DNA from: a virus
Lineage: Duplodnaviria > Caudoviricetes
Strand: one strand, 5' to 3'
DNA length: 53,060 nt
IMG/VR virus record: IMGVR_UViG_3300010354_000122
Location: 1 to 53,060 of that record
Within the stretch, counting starts at the first letter, position 1, and each line of letters starts with the position of its first letter. Positions 1-9,652 of this stretch are shown here, piece by piece. The notes below the pieces were generated by a model, which saw only the letters and a list, made by a program, of their open reading frames with translations, was not told the origin of the DNA and did no database searches. The position numbers and the translations under genes were made by a program.

Positions 1-1
1 G

Positions 2-487
2 ATGTTCCAACTTGAGCGTGAAGCTAACCAAATCGCCAAAGACACACGTCGCGGCAAGGGTAACATCGTTATCTGCTCGTCGGATGTTGCATCCGCTCTG
101 CAGATGGCCGGTGTTCTCGACTATGCTCCAGCTCTTAACTCCAACGCCCTGAACGTTGACGACACAGGCAATACATTTGCTGGTGTTCTTAACGGACGTA
201 TCAAGGTCTACATCGACCCATACTCAGCTGGTGGAAACTATATGACAGTCGGTTATAAGGGTGCTAGCGCATTTGACGCCGGTCTCTTCTACTGCCCATA
301 TGTTCCTCTCCAGATGGTTCGTGCTGTTGATCCAAGCACATTCCAGCCAAAGATCGGCTTCAAGACACGTTATGGAATGGCACCAAACCCATTCGCTAAG
401 GGTGCAACTGTCGCTGATGCAAATGCTGCTATCGAGAAAGACTCCAACGTCTACTATCGTCGCGCAATCGTTCTTAACCTCCTATAA
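2..487 (+). CDS. gp23: T4-like major capsid protein, C-terminal part (begins upstream of window)
   Basis: Motifs FYCPYVPLQMVRAV and FQPKIGFKTRYG are characteristic of the T4-type gp23 C-terminus. Confidence 0.97.
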   Translation: MFQLEREANQIAKDTRRGKGNIVICSSDVASALQMAGVLDYAPALNSNALNVDDTGNTFAGVLNGRIKVYIDPYSAGGNYMTVGYKGASAFDAGLFYCPYVPLQMVRAVDPSTFQPKIGFKTRYGMAPNPFAKGATVADANAAIEKDSNVYYRRAIVLNLL

Positions 488-509
488 TAATATTAATAGA
501 GGTAAGTCA

Positions 510-536
510 AAGGGGGCCTTAGGGCCCCCTTTTTTT
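510..536 (+). terminator. Rho-independent terminator after gp23
   Basis: AAGGGGGCC-TTAG-GGCCCCCTT hairpin running into a T run. Confidence 0.9.
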
Positions 537-539
537 ATG

Positions 540-547
540 CATAAATA
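540..547 (+). promoter_or_regulatory. T4-type late (gp55) promoter, CATAAATA
   Basis: Matches TATAAATA at 7/8 positions; intergenic, upstream of gp3; NATAAATA recurs before many late genes here. Confidence 0.7.
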
Positions 548-565
548 GGTGATGGAGGTTAAAAC

Positions 566-1081
566 ATGTCCCAAGTAGACCGCTTACCAGTAAATAAAAA
601 CTTTCTTTCACCACTAGGATTTAAGTTCCTATTAATGAAGGCTCCTACTGTTGAGTACTTTGTACAAAACGTCAACATTCCTTCTCTTGGCTTCCAATCA
701 GCCGATGTTCCTACGCCTTTTGTGGCCCTTCCATTTCCCGGTGACCATCTTAGATTTGGTGAGTTTGAGCTAACATTTAAAATAGATGAAGACATGAAAA
801 ACTACTTGGAAATATTCAATTGGTTAAATGGGCTTGGTTTCCCAGATAATTTTACTCAATATAAAAACCTCACAACTGTATCTACAAGAGACGGTGTTGT
901 GTCTGACGCTTCGTTAATGATTTTGACGAGCGCTAAAAACACAAACATTGAAGTAAAATTTAAAAATTTATTCCCAATCACTCTCAGCTCAGTTCAATTT
1001 GATACAACACAAACTGACGTTGAGTTCGTCAATGCGACCGTATCATTTAAATATCAATCATTTACTATAACGAAACTATAG
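566..1081 (+). CDS. gp3: Tail tube terminator / tail completion protein
   Basis: NFLSPLGFKF...VEYFVQ.VNIP...F.IDEDM.NY.EI..W; T4-like synteny gp23-gp3-uvsY-uvsW. Confidence 0.85.
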   Translation: MSQVDRLPVNKNFLSPLGFKFLLMKAPTVEYFVQNVNIPSLGFQSADVPTPFVALPFPGDHLRFGEFELTFKIDEDMKNYLEIFNWLNGLGFPDNFTQYKNLTTVSTRDGVVSDASLMILTSAKNTNIEVKFKNLFPITLSSVQFDTTQTDVEFVNATVSFKYQSFTITKL

Positions 1082-1110
1082 TTGACTTATTTGTATTAGT
1101 TAGTTATTAT
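1082..1110 (+). promoter_or_regulatory. sigma70-type promoter upstream of uvsY
   Basis: TTGACT (1082-1087), 17 nt spacer, TATTAT (1105-1110). Confidence 0.7.
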
Positions 1111-1133
1111 GGAAAGAATTTATGTGAGGATGT

Positions 1134-1568
1134 ATGAAACTAGACGAATTATACCAACTGTGGGAACAAGATAGTAAAGTAGACCGCTCTGAGCTTGCCG
1201 AAGAGAGTCTTAAGATTCCCCAACTTCACCACAAATATTACAAGATCTATACAAACGAGAAGCTGATTCTCAACAGGCTCAACTATTCATTTAAAGAATT
1301 GTATAGAAAAAAACACGAGTACTATCGTGGTGTTCTGCCAGAAGAAGAACTTCAAGAATATGGTTGGGATCCTCAACAGATGACTATCCTCAGACAAGAT
1401 CTCCCAATCTATCTCGAGGCCGACAAAGAACTAGATGCTCTTGAAAGTAAAATTGACACACAAAAAGAAAAAATTGAACTTCTTGAATCTATTATCAAAT
1501 CGTTACAAACACGTGGATACCAAATTAAATCAGCAATTGATTTTATTAAGTTTCAGATGGGAGCTTAA
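1134..1568 (+). CDS. uvsY: Recombination mediator UvsY
   Basis: ESLKIPQLH.KY...R.YQIK.AI motifs; lies directly before uvsW. Confidence 0.9.
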   Translation: MKLDELYQLWEQDSKVDRSELAEESLKIPQLHHKYYKIYTNEKLILNRLNYSFKELYRKKHEYYRGVLPEEELQEYGWDPQQMTILRQDLPIYLEADKELDALESKIDTQKEKIELLESIIKSLQTRGYQIKSAIDFIKFQMGA

Positions 1569-3019
1569 TGGATATTGTTTGTAAGCCGCTAAACGACGTT
1601 TATTTGAAAGTAGATTGTGAGCCTGGCATAGCACTAGAGCTTAGTGATTTTTTCACGTTTAAAGTGCCAGGATACAAGTTTATGCCGGCCTACCGAAACA
1701 AGTTTTGGTCTGGAGATATTAAGTTATTCAACGCAATGAATAAAACAATCTATGTTGGATTGTTGTCTCATATACAAGAATTTGCAAGACAGCGTAATTA
1801 TACAGTTGAAATTGATCCAGCATTTGCAGATAGTGAGTTTAGTGTCAAAGAAGCAGAAGACATAGTTAAGAAACTTAAAATTCCTGCATCCCTCAAGCCT
1901 AGGGAATACCAGCTCGAAGCTTTCGTTCACGGCGTAAGAAAGAAGCGAGCTTTGCTATTATCTCCTACTGGCTCAGGCAAATCGTTAATAATTTATTTGT
2001 TAACACGTTACTTTAGAAGCAGGACACTGATTATCGTACCAACAGTTTCGCTCGTTCATCAAATGTATTCTGACTTCGAGTCGTATGGTTTTTATAGTGA
2101 GAAATACATCTATAAGATTCTTTCTGGTGTAGAGAAACAAACAGAGCATCCGGTCGTTATTTCTACATGGCAATCAATCTACAAGATGCCTAAGCAATGG
2201 TTCGCTCAGTTTGATGTATGTATTGGTGATGAAGCCCACTTGTTCAAAGCAAAGTCGCTAACAACGATAATGACAAAGCTTGAAAAGTGTAAACACAAGT
2301 TTGGATTTACGGGAACGTTGGATGGAACGAGTACACACAAGTTAGTCCTCGAAGGATTGTTTGGTGACGTAAAGAAAGTAACTACAACAGCTGAGCTAAT
2401 CGAACAGAAGCATCTTTCAGACTTTTCTATTAAGGCAATTGTCCTTCAATACAAAGATGAGGAAAGAAAGCTGTTAAAAGATTACACGTATCATGATGAG
2501 ATAGAGTGGATTGTATCTAACCAAGCACGTAATAGATTTATTACTAACTTGGCTTTATCCCTTAAAGGAAATACTCTATTATTGTTTAAGTTTGTTGAAA
2601 AACATGGTGAAGTCCTTTATAATAAATTGAAAGAGTCAAAAAAGAACGGATTGTTTTTTGTCCACGGGGGGGTAGAGGGGGAAGAAAGAGAAGATATAAG
2701 AAAGATTGTTGATGGCAACGACAATGCTATTATTGTTGCGTCGTTTGGTACTTTTAGCACGGGAGTGAATATAAGAAACCTCCACAATATTATTTTTGCT
2801 AGTCCGTCAAAGTCTCGAATAAGAAATCTACAGTCAATTGGTCGTGGACTGCGTACTAGTGAAACGAAGACCCGGTGTATACTCTATGATATAGCAGATG
2901 ACCTTTCTTGGAAATCGAGACGTAACCATACACTCAATCACTTCAGTGAACGAATATCAATATATAACGAAGAGAAGTTTCAATATAAAATATACAACGT
3001 AGAATTAACGAAAGGCTAA
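1568..3019 (+). CDS. uvsW: SF2 DNA helicase UvsW
   Basis: SPTGSGKS Walker A, DEAH, TGT and QSIGRGLR motifs. Confidence 0.95.
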   Translation: MDIVCKPLNDVYLKVDCEPGIALELSDFFTFKVPGYKFMPAYRNKFWSGDIKLFNAMNKTIYVGLLSHIQEFARQRNYTVEIDPAFADSEFSVKEAEDIVKKLKIPASLKPREYQLEAFVHGVRKKRALLLSPTGSGKSLIIYLLTRYFRSRTLIIVPTVSLVHQMYSDFESYGFYSEKYIYKILSGVEKQTEHPVVISTWQSIYKMPKQWFAQFDVCIGDEAHLFKAKSLTTIMTKLEKCKHKFGFTGTLDGTSTHKLVLEGLFGDVKKVTTTAELIEQKHLSDFSIKAIVLQYKDEERKLLKDYTYHDEIEWIVSNQARNRFITNLALSLKGNTLLLFKFVEKHGEVLYNKLKESKKNGLFFVHGGVEGEEREDIRKIVDGNDNAIIVASFGTFSTGVNIRNLHNIIFASPSKSRIRNLQSIGRGLRTSETKTRCILYDIADDLSWKSRRNHTLNHFSERISIYNEEKFQYKIYNVELTKG

Positions 3020-3020
3020 T

Positions 3021-3434
3021 ATGATAGTTCTTTTTAAGCTTGTTACTGGTGATGAGATTATTGGTGAGATTGTAGACTATCATGATGACAAAGACAAAAT
3101 GATCTTGATCAATAATCCTCTCAAGGTTGTATACCAGCAAACTCCTCGAGGAGTTCCGAACACAGTTGTTGCTCGATTTATGGTCTTTGGTAATCCAAGA
3201 AATGTTGTAATTAATGCTAACTCTGTTGTCGCAATATCGGAACCAAGGGATACTTTCATTCACTACTATCGTACTGCATTAAAGCATTATGAAGAGATTG
3301 ACCAAGAGTTGGATGAGCAATTGATCTACGCAAGCAAAATTAACGAAGACGAAACATCTGAGAAAGCTGAAAAAATAGTACAAGACATTTTTACTAATAT
3401 TCTTAACAATATGCCTAAATCGAAACCAAACTAA
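3021..3434 (+). CDS. Conserved T4-like hypothetical protein (possible Sm-like fold)
   Basis: KLVTGDEIIG start; typical slot between uvsW and gp55. Confidence 0.6.
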   Translation: MIVLFKLVTGDEIIGEIVDYHDDKDKMILINNPLKVVYQQTPRGVPNTVVARFMVFGNPRNVVINANSVVAISEPRDTFIHYYRTALKHYEEIDQELDEQLIYASKINEDETSEKAEKIVQDIFTNILNNMPKSKPN

Positions 3435-3435
3435 A

Positions 3436-3990
3436 ATGAAACTAAATGATGCACATTACGTAGACAATAAAAAATTCTACCAAGCTATTATTGAATATAG
3501 AACAGCAGTAGCTGACGCTATTACCCACAATCAGCCTCGCCCGCGGATTCCTGAATATATTGGTGAGTGCATTTTTCTAATCGCTAATAGGTTGGCAACA
3601 AAGCCTAACTTTGCAAACTATTCATACAAAGATGATATGATTGCAGACGGAATAGAAAACTGCATTTGTTATATTGATAACTTTGATCCTGCTAAGTCTG
3701 ATAATCCTTTTGCATATTTTACGCAGATCATTTACTTTGCATTTTTAAAGAGACTACAAAAAGAAAAGAAGCAACTTTATATTAAACATAAGTCGCTTGA
3801 GAATGCATCCATTTATCATACGACGTTTACACATGATGAAGAAGAAAATGGCGAAGTAACGTTTGATCCGTTGCTGGACAACCAAGTAATGCATGATTTT
3901 ATCAAGAGCTTTGAGAATGATCTTGAAAAGAAAAAACAAAAACGCAAGAAAGGTTTAGAAAAGTTTATTGAGGACGATATTGAAGAATGA
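3436..3990 (+). CDS. gp55: Late transcription sigma factor
   Basis: HYVDNK.F, YIGEC...IA, NF.NY.YKDDMI.DG.ENC and NPFAYFTQI motifs. Confidence 0.95.
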   Translation: MKLNDAHYVDNKKFYQAIIEYRTAVADAITHNQPRPRIPEYIGECIFLIANRLATKPNFANYSYKDDMIADGIENCICYIDNFDPAKSDNPFAYFTQIIYFAFLKRLQKEKKQLYIKHKSLENASIYHTTFTHDEEENGEVTFDPLLDNQVMHDFIKSFENDLEKKKQKRKKGLEKFIEDDIEE

Positions 3991-5045
3991 AAGTACTTTT
4001 ACTTGGTGATACTCATTTTGGCGCGCGAAATGATAGTCAAATATTTCATGATTTTTTTGAGCAATTTTATTCGGAGTTCTTTTTCCCATACCTCGAAACA
4101 AATCATGTAGACCACATTATTCAGCTGGGGGATGTCTTTGATAGAAGAAAGTACATCAATTTTCAGTCACTGCATCGAGCAAAGAAATACTTTTTTGATC
4201 CTTTAGCAAAGACAAAAATACCCGTCGACTTCCTTGTTGGTAATCATGACACTTTCTTTCGTAACACCAACGAAGTAAACTCGCTTGGCTTATTGCTTAA
4301 GCAGTACAATTTCAATCTATGGAAAGCTCCAGCTGACATTAACGTTGGAGGCCTTTCCATGCTTCTTGTGCCTTGGATCAATAGTGAGAACGAACAAGAA
4401 GCCCTGGAAGCATTAAAGATTACTAAGTCTCAGATTGCAATTGGTCACTTTGAGATTCAAGGATTTGAAATGTATAGGGGGGCTGTAAGCGACACTGGTC
4501 TTCCTACAACGGTGTTTGATAAATTTGATGCTGTGTACTCAGGACATTTCCATCACAAATCTTCCCGCAAAAATATTCATTATGTTGGTACACCTTATGA
4601 AATGACATGGTCTGATTTTGGTGATCCACACGGCTTCCATATCCTTGATACCCATACACGAGAAGTAGTGTATGTCGAAAATCCGTTCAAGATCTTTGTC
4701 AAGATGTGGTACGACGATGCTGGTAAAGAGATGAGTGATTGTGTTGCTGATGACTACACAAGCTTCAAGAACAAAATGGTTAAGATGATTGTTACCAATA
4801 AAACAAATCCATATTGGTTTGATATGGTAATAGATAAGCTTGAAAAGGCTGGTGTAGCAGATCTACAGGTGGTCGATGACCACCTCAACCTCAACCTAGA
4901 GAATGATGAAGATATTGTTAGTGAAGCTGAAGACACTCTAACAATTCTTAACAAGGTGGTTCAACAAACCAACGTACAGACGGATAAAGAACGCCTTGAT
5001 AAACTAATAAAAGATCTATATAATGAAGCATTAACTATGGAGTAG
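3987..5045 (+). CDS. gp47: Recombination endonuclease subunit (Mre11/SbcD-like)
   Basis: Metallophosphoesterase motifs DTHFG, GDVFD, GNHD, SGHFH. Confidence 0.95.
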   Translation: MKVLLLGDTHFGARNDSQIFHDFFEQFYSEFFFPYLETNHVDHIIQLGDVFDRRKYINFQSLHRAKKYFFDPLAKTKIPVDFLVGNHDTFFRNTNEVNSLGLLLKQYNFNLWKAPADINVGGLSMLLVPWINSENEQEALEALKITKSQIAIGHFEIQGFEMYRGAVSDTGLPTTVFDKFDAVYSGHFHHKSSRKNIHYVGTPYEMTWSDFGDPHGFHILDTHTREVVYVENPFKIFVKMWYDDAGKEMSDCVADDYTSFKNKMVKMIVTNKTNPYWFDMVIDKLEKAGVADLQVVDDHLNLNLENDEDIVSEAEDTLTILNKVVQQTNVQTDKERLDKLIKDLYNEALTME

Positions 5046-5048
5046 TTT

Positions 5049-6761
5049 GTGATCCTTTTTAAGAAGATACGCTACAAAAATTTTCTTTCTACTGGTAACC
5101 AATTTACAGAGATTGCTCTTAACAAGCATCGCTCTGTATTAATCGTTGGTGAGAATGGAGCTGGTAAGTCCACAATCCTTGACGCATTGTGTTTTTCCCT
5201 CTATGGAAAGCCTTTTCGTAAAGTAAACAAAGCTCAGCTGATTAACTCGATCAACGAAAAAGGAACGTTAGTTGAGATTGAGTTTGCAATTGGTAAGCGC
5301 GAGTATTTGATCCGGAGAGGAATCAAACCCAATGTCTTTGAGATCTTTCAAGACGGAAAGTTAATCAATCAGAATGCTGAGTCTCGAGATTATCAAGCAT
5401 ATCTTGAAACAAACATTCTCAAGCTAAACTTCAAGTCGTTTTCTCAAATTGTTATTTTGGGAAGCGCTTCGTTTGTTCCCTTTATGCAACTTCCTGCAGC
5501 CCATCGCCGAGAGATCATCGAAGATCTTCTTGATATCGAGATCTTTTCTAAAATGAATGCTTTGTTGAAAGACCGCATCTTTATTAACAAGTCAAAGCTT
5601 TCTGATGCTGATCATAAAATTGACATGGCTGATCAGAAAGTAGAGTTGTTTAAAAAGCACATACAAGATCTTAAACAAAACAATGACGAACTGATTCAAG
5701 CTAAACAAGTTAAAGTTAAACAGCTAAAGAAAGAACTCAAGGCTACAATTTCAATTACAGAAGAAGTAAAACAATCAATTGGTACACTGCTTGATCAGAT
5801 TACAGACCGATCTTCCGTCGAAGAACAGTCACTTGACGTTGAAGTAAAGAACAAGTCGTTGTTGAGTGACGAGAAGAAATGTGATCACGAGATTCAATTC
5901 TTTAACACCAAAGACAGCTGTCCTACGTGCAAACAAAACATTGAAGAAAAGCACAGAACAAAGCTCGTCAAGGAAATACAAAAGAAGAAAGGTACCATCG
6001 AAAAAGAAAAACAATCTCTTTCTGATCAGCAGTCAAAACTCGAAAGCAGACTTGAACAGATTAAATTAATTGACGAAAAGATTAAAGAGAAACAAAAGCA
6101 GTTATCTGATTATGTTGTTCAAGTACAAACAAATGGTTCGTTTGTCAAGGGACTGCTTGAGGAAATTGAGACGCTTTCAAAGAACACAAAACAGATAGAT
6201 ACTAATAACGAACAAATTGCTGCAACAGAGCAAGAATTGCTCAATCTCCAAAACGAAAAAGAAGAGCTTGTTAAAGAAAAGCAGGCAATGGACATTGCAG
6301 CCTCTCTTCTTAAAGATACAGGAATCAAAACAAAGATTGTTCGTCAGTATGTCCCTGTAATGAACAAGCTAATCAACAAGTATCTTGCAGCAATGGACTT
6401 CTTCGTCAATTTTGAACTGAATGAAAACTTTGAAGAAAAGATCAAGTCGAGATTTAGAGATGACTTTAGTTACGAATCGTTCTCTGAAGGTGAGAAGCTT
6501 AGGATTGACTTAGCATTGTTGTTTACATGGAGAGCCATTGCTAAGTTACGTAACAGCGCTAGTACAAATTTGCTAATTATGGATGAAGTGTTTGACAGCT
6601 CTCTCGATGTTGGTGGTACAGAAGAGTTTTTAAAGATTCTCAATGGCATAGTAAATGACACAAACGTGTTTATTATTAGCCATAGAGGGGATCAGTTGTT
6701 TGAAAAATTTGAACATACAATTAAATTTGAGAAGCATAAAAACTTTAGTAGAATGGCATGA
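5049..6761 (+). CDS. gp46: Recombination ATPase subunit (Rad50/SbcC-like)
   Basis: GENGAGKS, CPTC zinc hook, FSEGEK signature, MDEVFD. Confidence 0.95.
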   Translation: MILFKKIRYKNFLSTGNQFTEIALNKHRSVLIVGENGAGKSTILDALCFSLYGKPFRKVNKAQLINSINEKGTLVEIEFAIGKREYLIRRGIKPNVFEIFQDGKLINQNAESRDYQAYLETNILKLNFKSFSQIVILGSASFVPFMQLPAAHRREIIEDLLDIEIFSKMNALLKDRIFINKSKLSDADHKIDMADQKVELFKKHIQDLKQNNDELIQAKQVKVKQLKKELKATISITEEVKQSIGTLLDQITDRSSVEEQSLDVEVKNKSLLSDEKKCDHEIQFFNTKDSCPTCKQNIEEKHRTKLVKEIQKKKGTIEKEKQSLSDQQSKLESRLEQIKLIDEKIKEKQKQLSDYVVQVQTNGSFVKGLLEEIETLSKNTKQIDTNNEQIAATEQELLNLQNEKEELVKEKQAMDIAASLLKDTGIKTKIVRQYVPVMNKLINKYLAAMDFFVNFELNENFEEKIKSRFRDDFSYESFSEGEKLRIDLALLFTWRAIAKLRNSASTNLLIMDEVFDSSLDVGGTEEFLKILNGIVNDTNVFIISHRGDQLFEKFEHTIKFEKHKNFSRMA

Positions 6762-7249
6762 TACATCCTTTAGTCTCAGAAAATAATCAAGTATATAATA
6801 GCAAGCTCGAGGATTTTGATTTTACGAATCCTCCAGTAAATCCTGTGGAGTTTGCCCAAGAGCTAATCGAAAACATGAAACACTATAAAGGCATGGGTCT
6901 TGCTGCAAACCAGCTTGGCTTTCCCTATAGAGTGTTTGCTTTCGACGGTAAGCCTCCTTTTGTTTGTTTCAATCCAGTGATAATTTCTTCCTCAACAGAA
7001 ACAGCAAACCTTGTTGAGGGATGTTTGACCTATCCCCATCTCTGGATAAAAATGAAGCGCCCAGATCATGTTAGAGCACGGTTTCAAGATCCTTTTGGTA
7101 ATGTAATAACAAAAGTGTTTGGTGGTTATAATGCCAGATGTTTCCTACACGAGCTTGACCATTTAAATGGAATCAATTATACTATGAAAGCTGATCGTTT
7201 CCATTTAGACCAAGCAAGACGCAAGCAAAAAGTATTATTAAGGAGATAG
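6758..7249 (+). CDS. def: Peptide deformylase
   Basis: GMGLAANQ, EGCL and HELDH motifs. Confidence 0.92.
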   Translation: MIHPLVSENNQVYNSKLEDFDFTNPPVNPVEFAQELIENMKHYKGMGLAANQLGFPYRVFAFDGKPPFVCFNPVIISSSTETANLVEGCLTYPHLWIKMKRPDHVRARFQDPFGNVITKVFGGYNARCFLHELDHLNGINYTMKADRFHLDQARRKQKVLLRR

Positions 7250-7251
7250 TG

Positions 7252-8175
7252 ATGAAGCAGTATGCCTATTCAGAAATATTCCACTCGATCCAGGGTGAGG
7301 GAAGCTATACTGGTGTCCCTACAGCCTGGGTTCGTTTCTTTCTTTGTAACTTACAGTGTGATGGCTTTGGTCAGAAAGATCCAACAAATCCTGACACGTA
7401 TATTCTTCCATATAAAAATATCGACGTTAAGCAGTATACAAAGCTAGAAGATTTGCCAGTGTGGACTCATGGTTGTGATTCCTCTTACTCGTGGTCTGCA
7501 AAGTTTAAACATCTTCAACGCAAAGCGACAGCTGAAGAGATCTGCTCGAGAATTCGTCAATCGATGTATCATCCAAACAATCCTGAGGGGTTGTTTAATC
7601 CATCTAGTCCTGGAAAGCCTCATCATCATTTGTGCTTTACGGGTGGTGAGCCACTAATGAAGCATGCACAGGAAGCAGCTATTGAGATTGTGGACCACTT
7701 CTATACTGAGAAAGATCATCCTCGTTCAATTACGTGGGAAACTAATGGCACACAGGAACTGACATCAGAATTCATTTACTTCTTTGATCACTATCACCAC
7801 CATGAGGGTGAGGTGTTCTTTTCAGTCTCTCCAAAGCTTTTCTCTGTTAGTGGTGAGACAAGGGAGAAAGCAATCAAACCAGAACTCGTACAAACATATT
7901 ACAAAGAAGTATCTTCACGTGGACAATTGAAGTTTGTTGTTAATGGTACTCCCGAAGCATGGAAGGAGATGGAAGACACGATTGAAGAGTTTAGAGACTA
8001 TGGTATAACGTATCCTGTATGGGTAATGGGTGTTGGTGCTACTCTTGAGGGTCAGAAAGGTACGTTGCCCGGATATTGTGGAGAAGCAGCTATCGCAACA
8101 GAAGCATTTAAACGTGGCTATAACTACTCGTCCCGTGTGCATGTTCATATCTGGGGCAACACAATGGGAACTTAA
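7252..8175 (+). CDS. queE: 7-carboxy-7-deazaguanine synthase (radical SAM)
   Basis: EIFHSIQGEG...G.PT.WVRF, CNLQC...CDS, FTGGEPL, ETNG, SVSPK and terminal RVHV..WG; folE nearby. Confidence 0.9.
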   Translation: MKQYAYSEIFHSIQGEGSYTGVPTAWVRFFLCNLQCDGFGQKDPTNPDTYILPYKNIDVKQYTKLEDLPVWTHGCDSSYSWSAKFKHLQRKATAEEICSRIRQSMYHPNNPEGLFNPSSPGKPHHHLCFTGGEPLMKHAQEAAIEIVDHFYTEKDHPRSITWETNGTQELTSEFIYFFDHYHHHEGEVFFSVSPKLFSVSGETREKAIKPELVQTYYKEVSSRGQLKFVVNGTPEAWKEMEDTIEEFRDYGITYPVWVMGVGATLEGQKGTLPGYCGEAAIATEAFKRGYNYSSRVHVHIWGNTMGT

Positions 8176-8655
8176 ATGGAGAAGATATATTACTCGTTTG
8201 ATGACTTTTCCGTAGATGTACGCTCGATTTATAGGGAGTGTAACCTACGTGGTTGGAACTTTGATTGTATTGTAGGTATTCCGCGTGGTGGTGTAATACC
8301 TGCTGTACAACTTTCTCATATAATGAAAACAAAGTTTGCTTCGGCAGGAATAACGACAAGGGATAATGCAGCCTCTCAAATTAATGTTGGAGAAATTGTT
8401 GGATTCGTCGATAAGATTAACCAAGGGCAAAAGTTTTTGTTTGTTGATGACATTCTCGACTCAGGAAAGACATTATCAATTTTAATGGACCAGTTGCAAA
8501 AGAACGGTGTCCGAGAAAACTATAAAATTGCCACGTTATTCTACAACCCGCATAACCCTGCTTTAATTAAGCCTGATTTATTCTGCCGCACTATTGATAG
8601 ATCTCAAGATGATAGATGGATTGACTTTTGGTGGGAAAATGACAGCGTCGCCTGA
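8176..8655 (+). CDS. Type I purine phosphoribosyltransferase (Gpt/Hpt-like)
   Basis: IVGIPRGG, PRPP-binding FVDDILDSGKT and C-terminal WIDFWWE. Confidence 0.88.
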   Translation: MEKIYYSFDDFSVDVRSIYRECNLRGWNFDCIVGIPRGGVIPAVQLSHIMKTKFASAGITTRDNAASQINVGEIVGFVDKINQGQKFLFVDDILDSGKTLSILMDQLQKNGVRENYKIATLFYNPHNPALIKPDLFCRTIDRSQDDRWIDFWWENDSVA

Positions 8656-8908
8656 ATTAATTGAGCAACTCATTAAAGAAGCTAAATCCTATAGACCCGA
8701 AGAACCAGTTACGAGGTTTTATAAATGGGTTCCAGATGGCGTATATGATTGTGTAAAAGACAAATGTCGTCATTTCATACATGATGGTTTTTCTTACTTT
8801 ACAGCTTCAAAGATGTGGATTGAAAATCCTAATCAAAACCACAGACTACCCGACTGGATGAAGCTTCCTTGGCTCGCCTATCCTGACTTCCCTCCCAAAC
8901 AAAAATAG
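8639..8908 (+). CDS. Hypothetical protein
   Basis: Open frame filling the gap between the PRTase and the folE promoter; start taken at ATG 8639. Confidence 0.5.
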   Translation: MTASPELIEQLIKEAKSYRPEEPVTRFYKWVPDGVYDCVKDKCRHFIHDGFSYFTASKMWIENPNQNHRLPDWMKLPWLAYPDFPPKQK

Positions 8909-8909
8909 A

Positions 8910-8938
8910 TTGACTTATATAAATAAAGTCTTTATAGT
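8910..8938 (+). promoter_or_regulatory. Overlapping sigma70 and late promoters upstream of folE
   Basis: TTGACT (8910-8915), 17 nt, TATAGT (8933-8938), with a perfect TATAAATA (8918-8925) in the spacer. Confidence 0.65.
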
Positions 8939-8962
8939 TGTAACTTTGTAATGGAGAATTTT

Positions 8963-9652
8963 ATGACTGATAAATCTTATATTAGTAATGTAATTCGTGC
9001 GCGTGCTAAGAAAGCTGGCTCGCGTCTTTTTGCGTGTGATAATCTTTCTGAACATATTAAAGATGGTGAACTTGATAAGCTCGTTACAGAAGTGGAAGAC
9101 AAGTTCAGGGGTGTTCTCCAATCTCTAATCATTGATACTGACAACGATCCTAACTCTGCAGATACTGCTAAACGTTTAGCAAAGATGTATGTGTATGAAT
9201 TGCTTGAGGGTCGTTTCAGTCCCCCTCCTACTGTTACATCGTTTCCTAATGAAGGTTCTGAACGCTACGAAGGAATGCTTTGTGTGCGTGCTGAACTTGT
9301 TTCCATGTGTTCCCATCATCATCAACCAGTCAAGGGTGTAGCAATTATTGGTATTATTCCTACTGGTTATGTGATTGGCCTTTCTAAGTATGTTCGGATT
9401 GCTCAGTGGTGTGCTCGTCGTGGTACTCTCCAAGAAGAACTTTGTAACCAGATTGCAAGGGAGATCATGAAGGCAACTGATACCGAAAACGTTGGTGTGT
9501 ACATCCAAGCAACTCATGGTTGTATGGAGCATCGTGGTGTGATGGCTCACTCAAGTCTCACGCAGACTACGGTTGTTCATGGATTGTTCCATAACGATTC
9601 TGTTAAGTCTGAGTTCTTTAATAATGTCAAGATGCAGCTGAACAATGGGTGA
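8963..9652 (+). CDS. folE: GTP cyclohydrolase I
   Basis: SMCSHH, IGLSK, LQEEL and HGCM..RGV motifs; GGAG RBS before ATG 8963. Confidence 0.95.
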   Translation: MTDKSYISNVIRARAKKAGSRLFACDNLSEHIKDGELDKLVTEVEDKFRGVLQSLIIDTDNDPNSADTAKRLAKMYVYELLEGRFSPPPTVTSFPNEGSERYEGMLCVRAELVSMCSHHHQPVKGVAIIGIIPTGYVIGLSKYVRIAQWCARRGTLQEELCNQIAREIMKATDTENVGVYIQATHGCMEHRGVMAHSSLTQTTVVHGLFHNDSVKSEFFNNVKMQLNNG

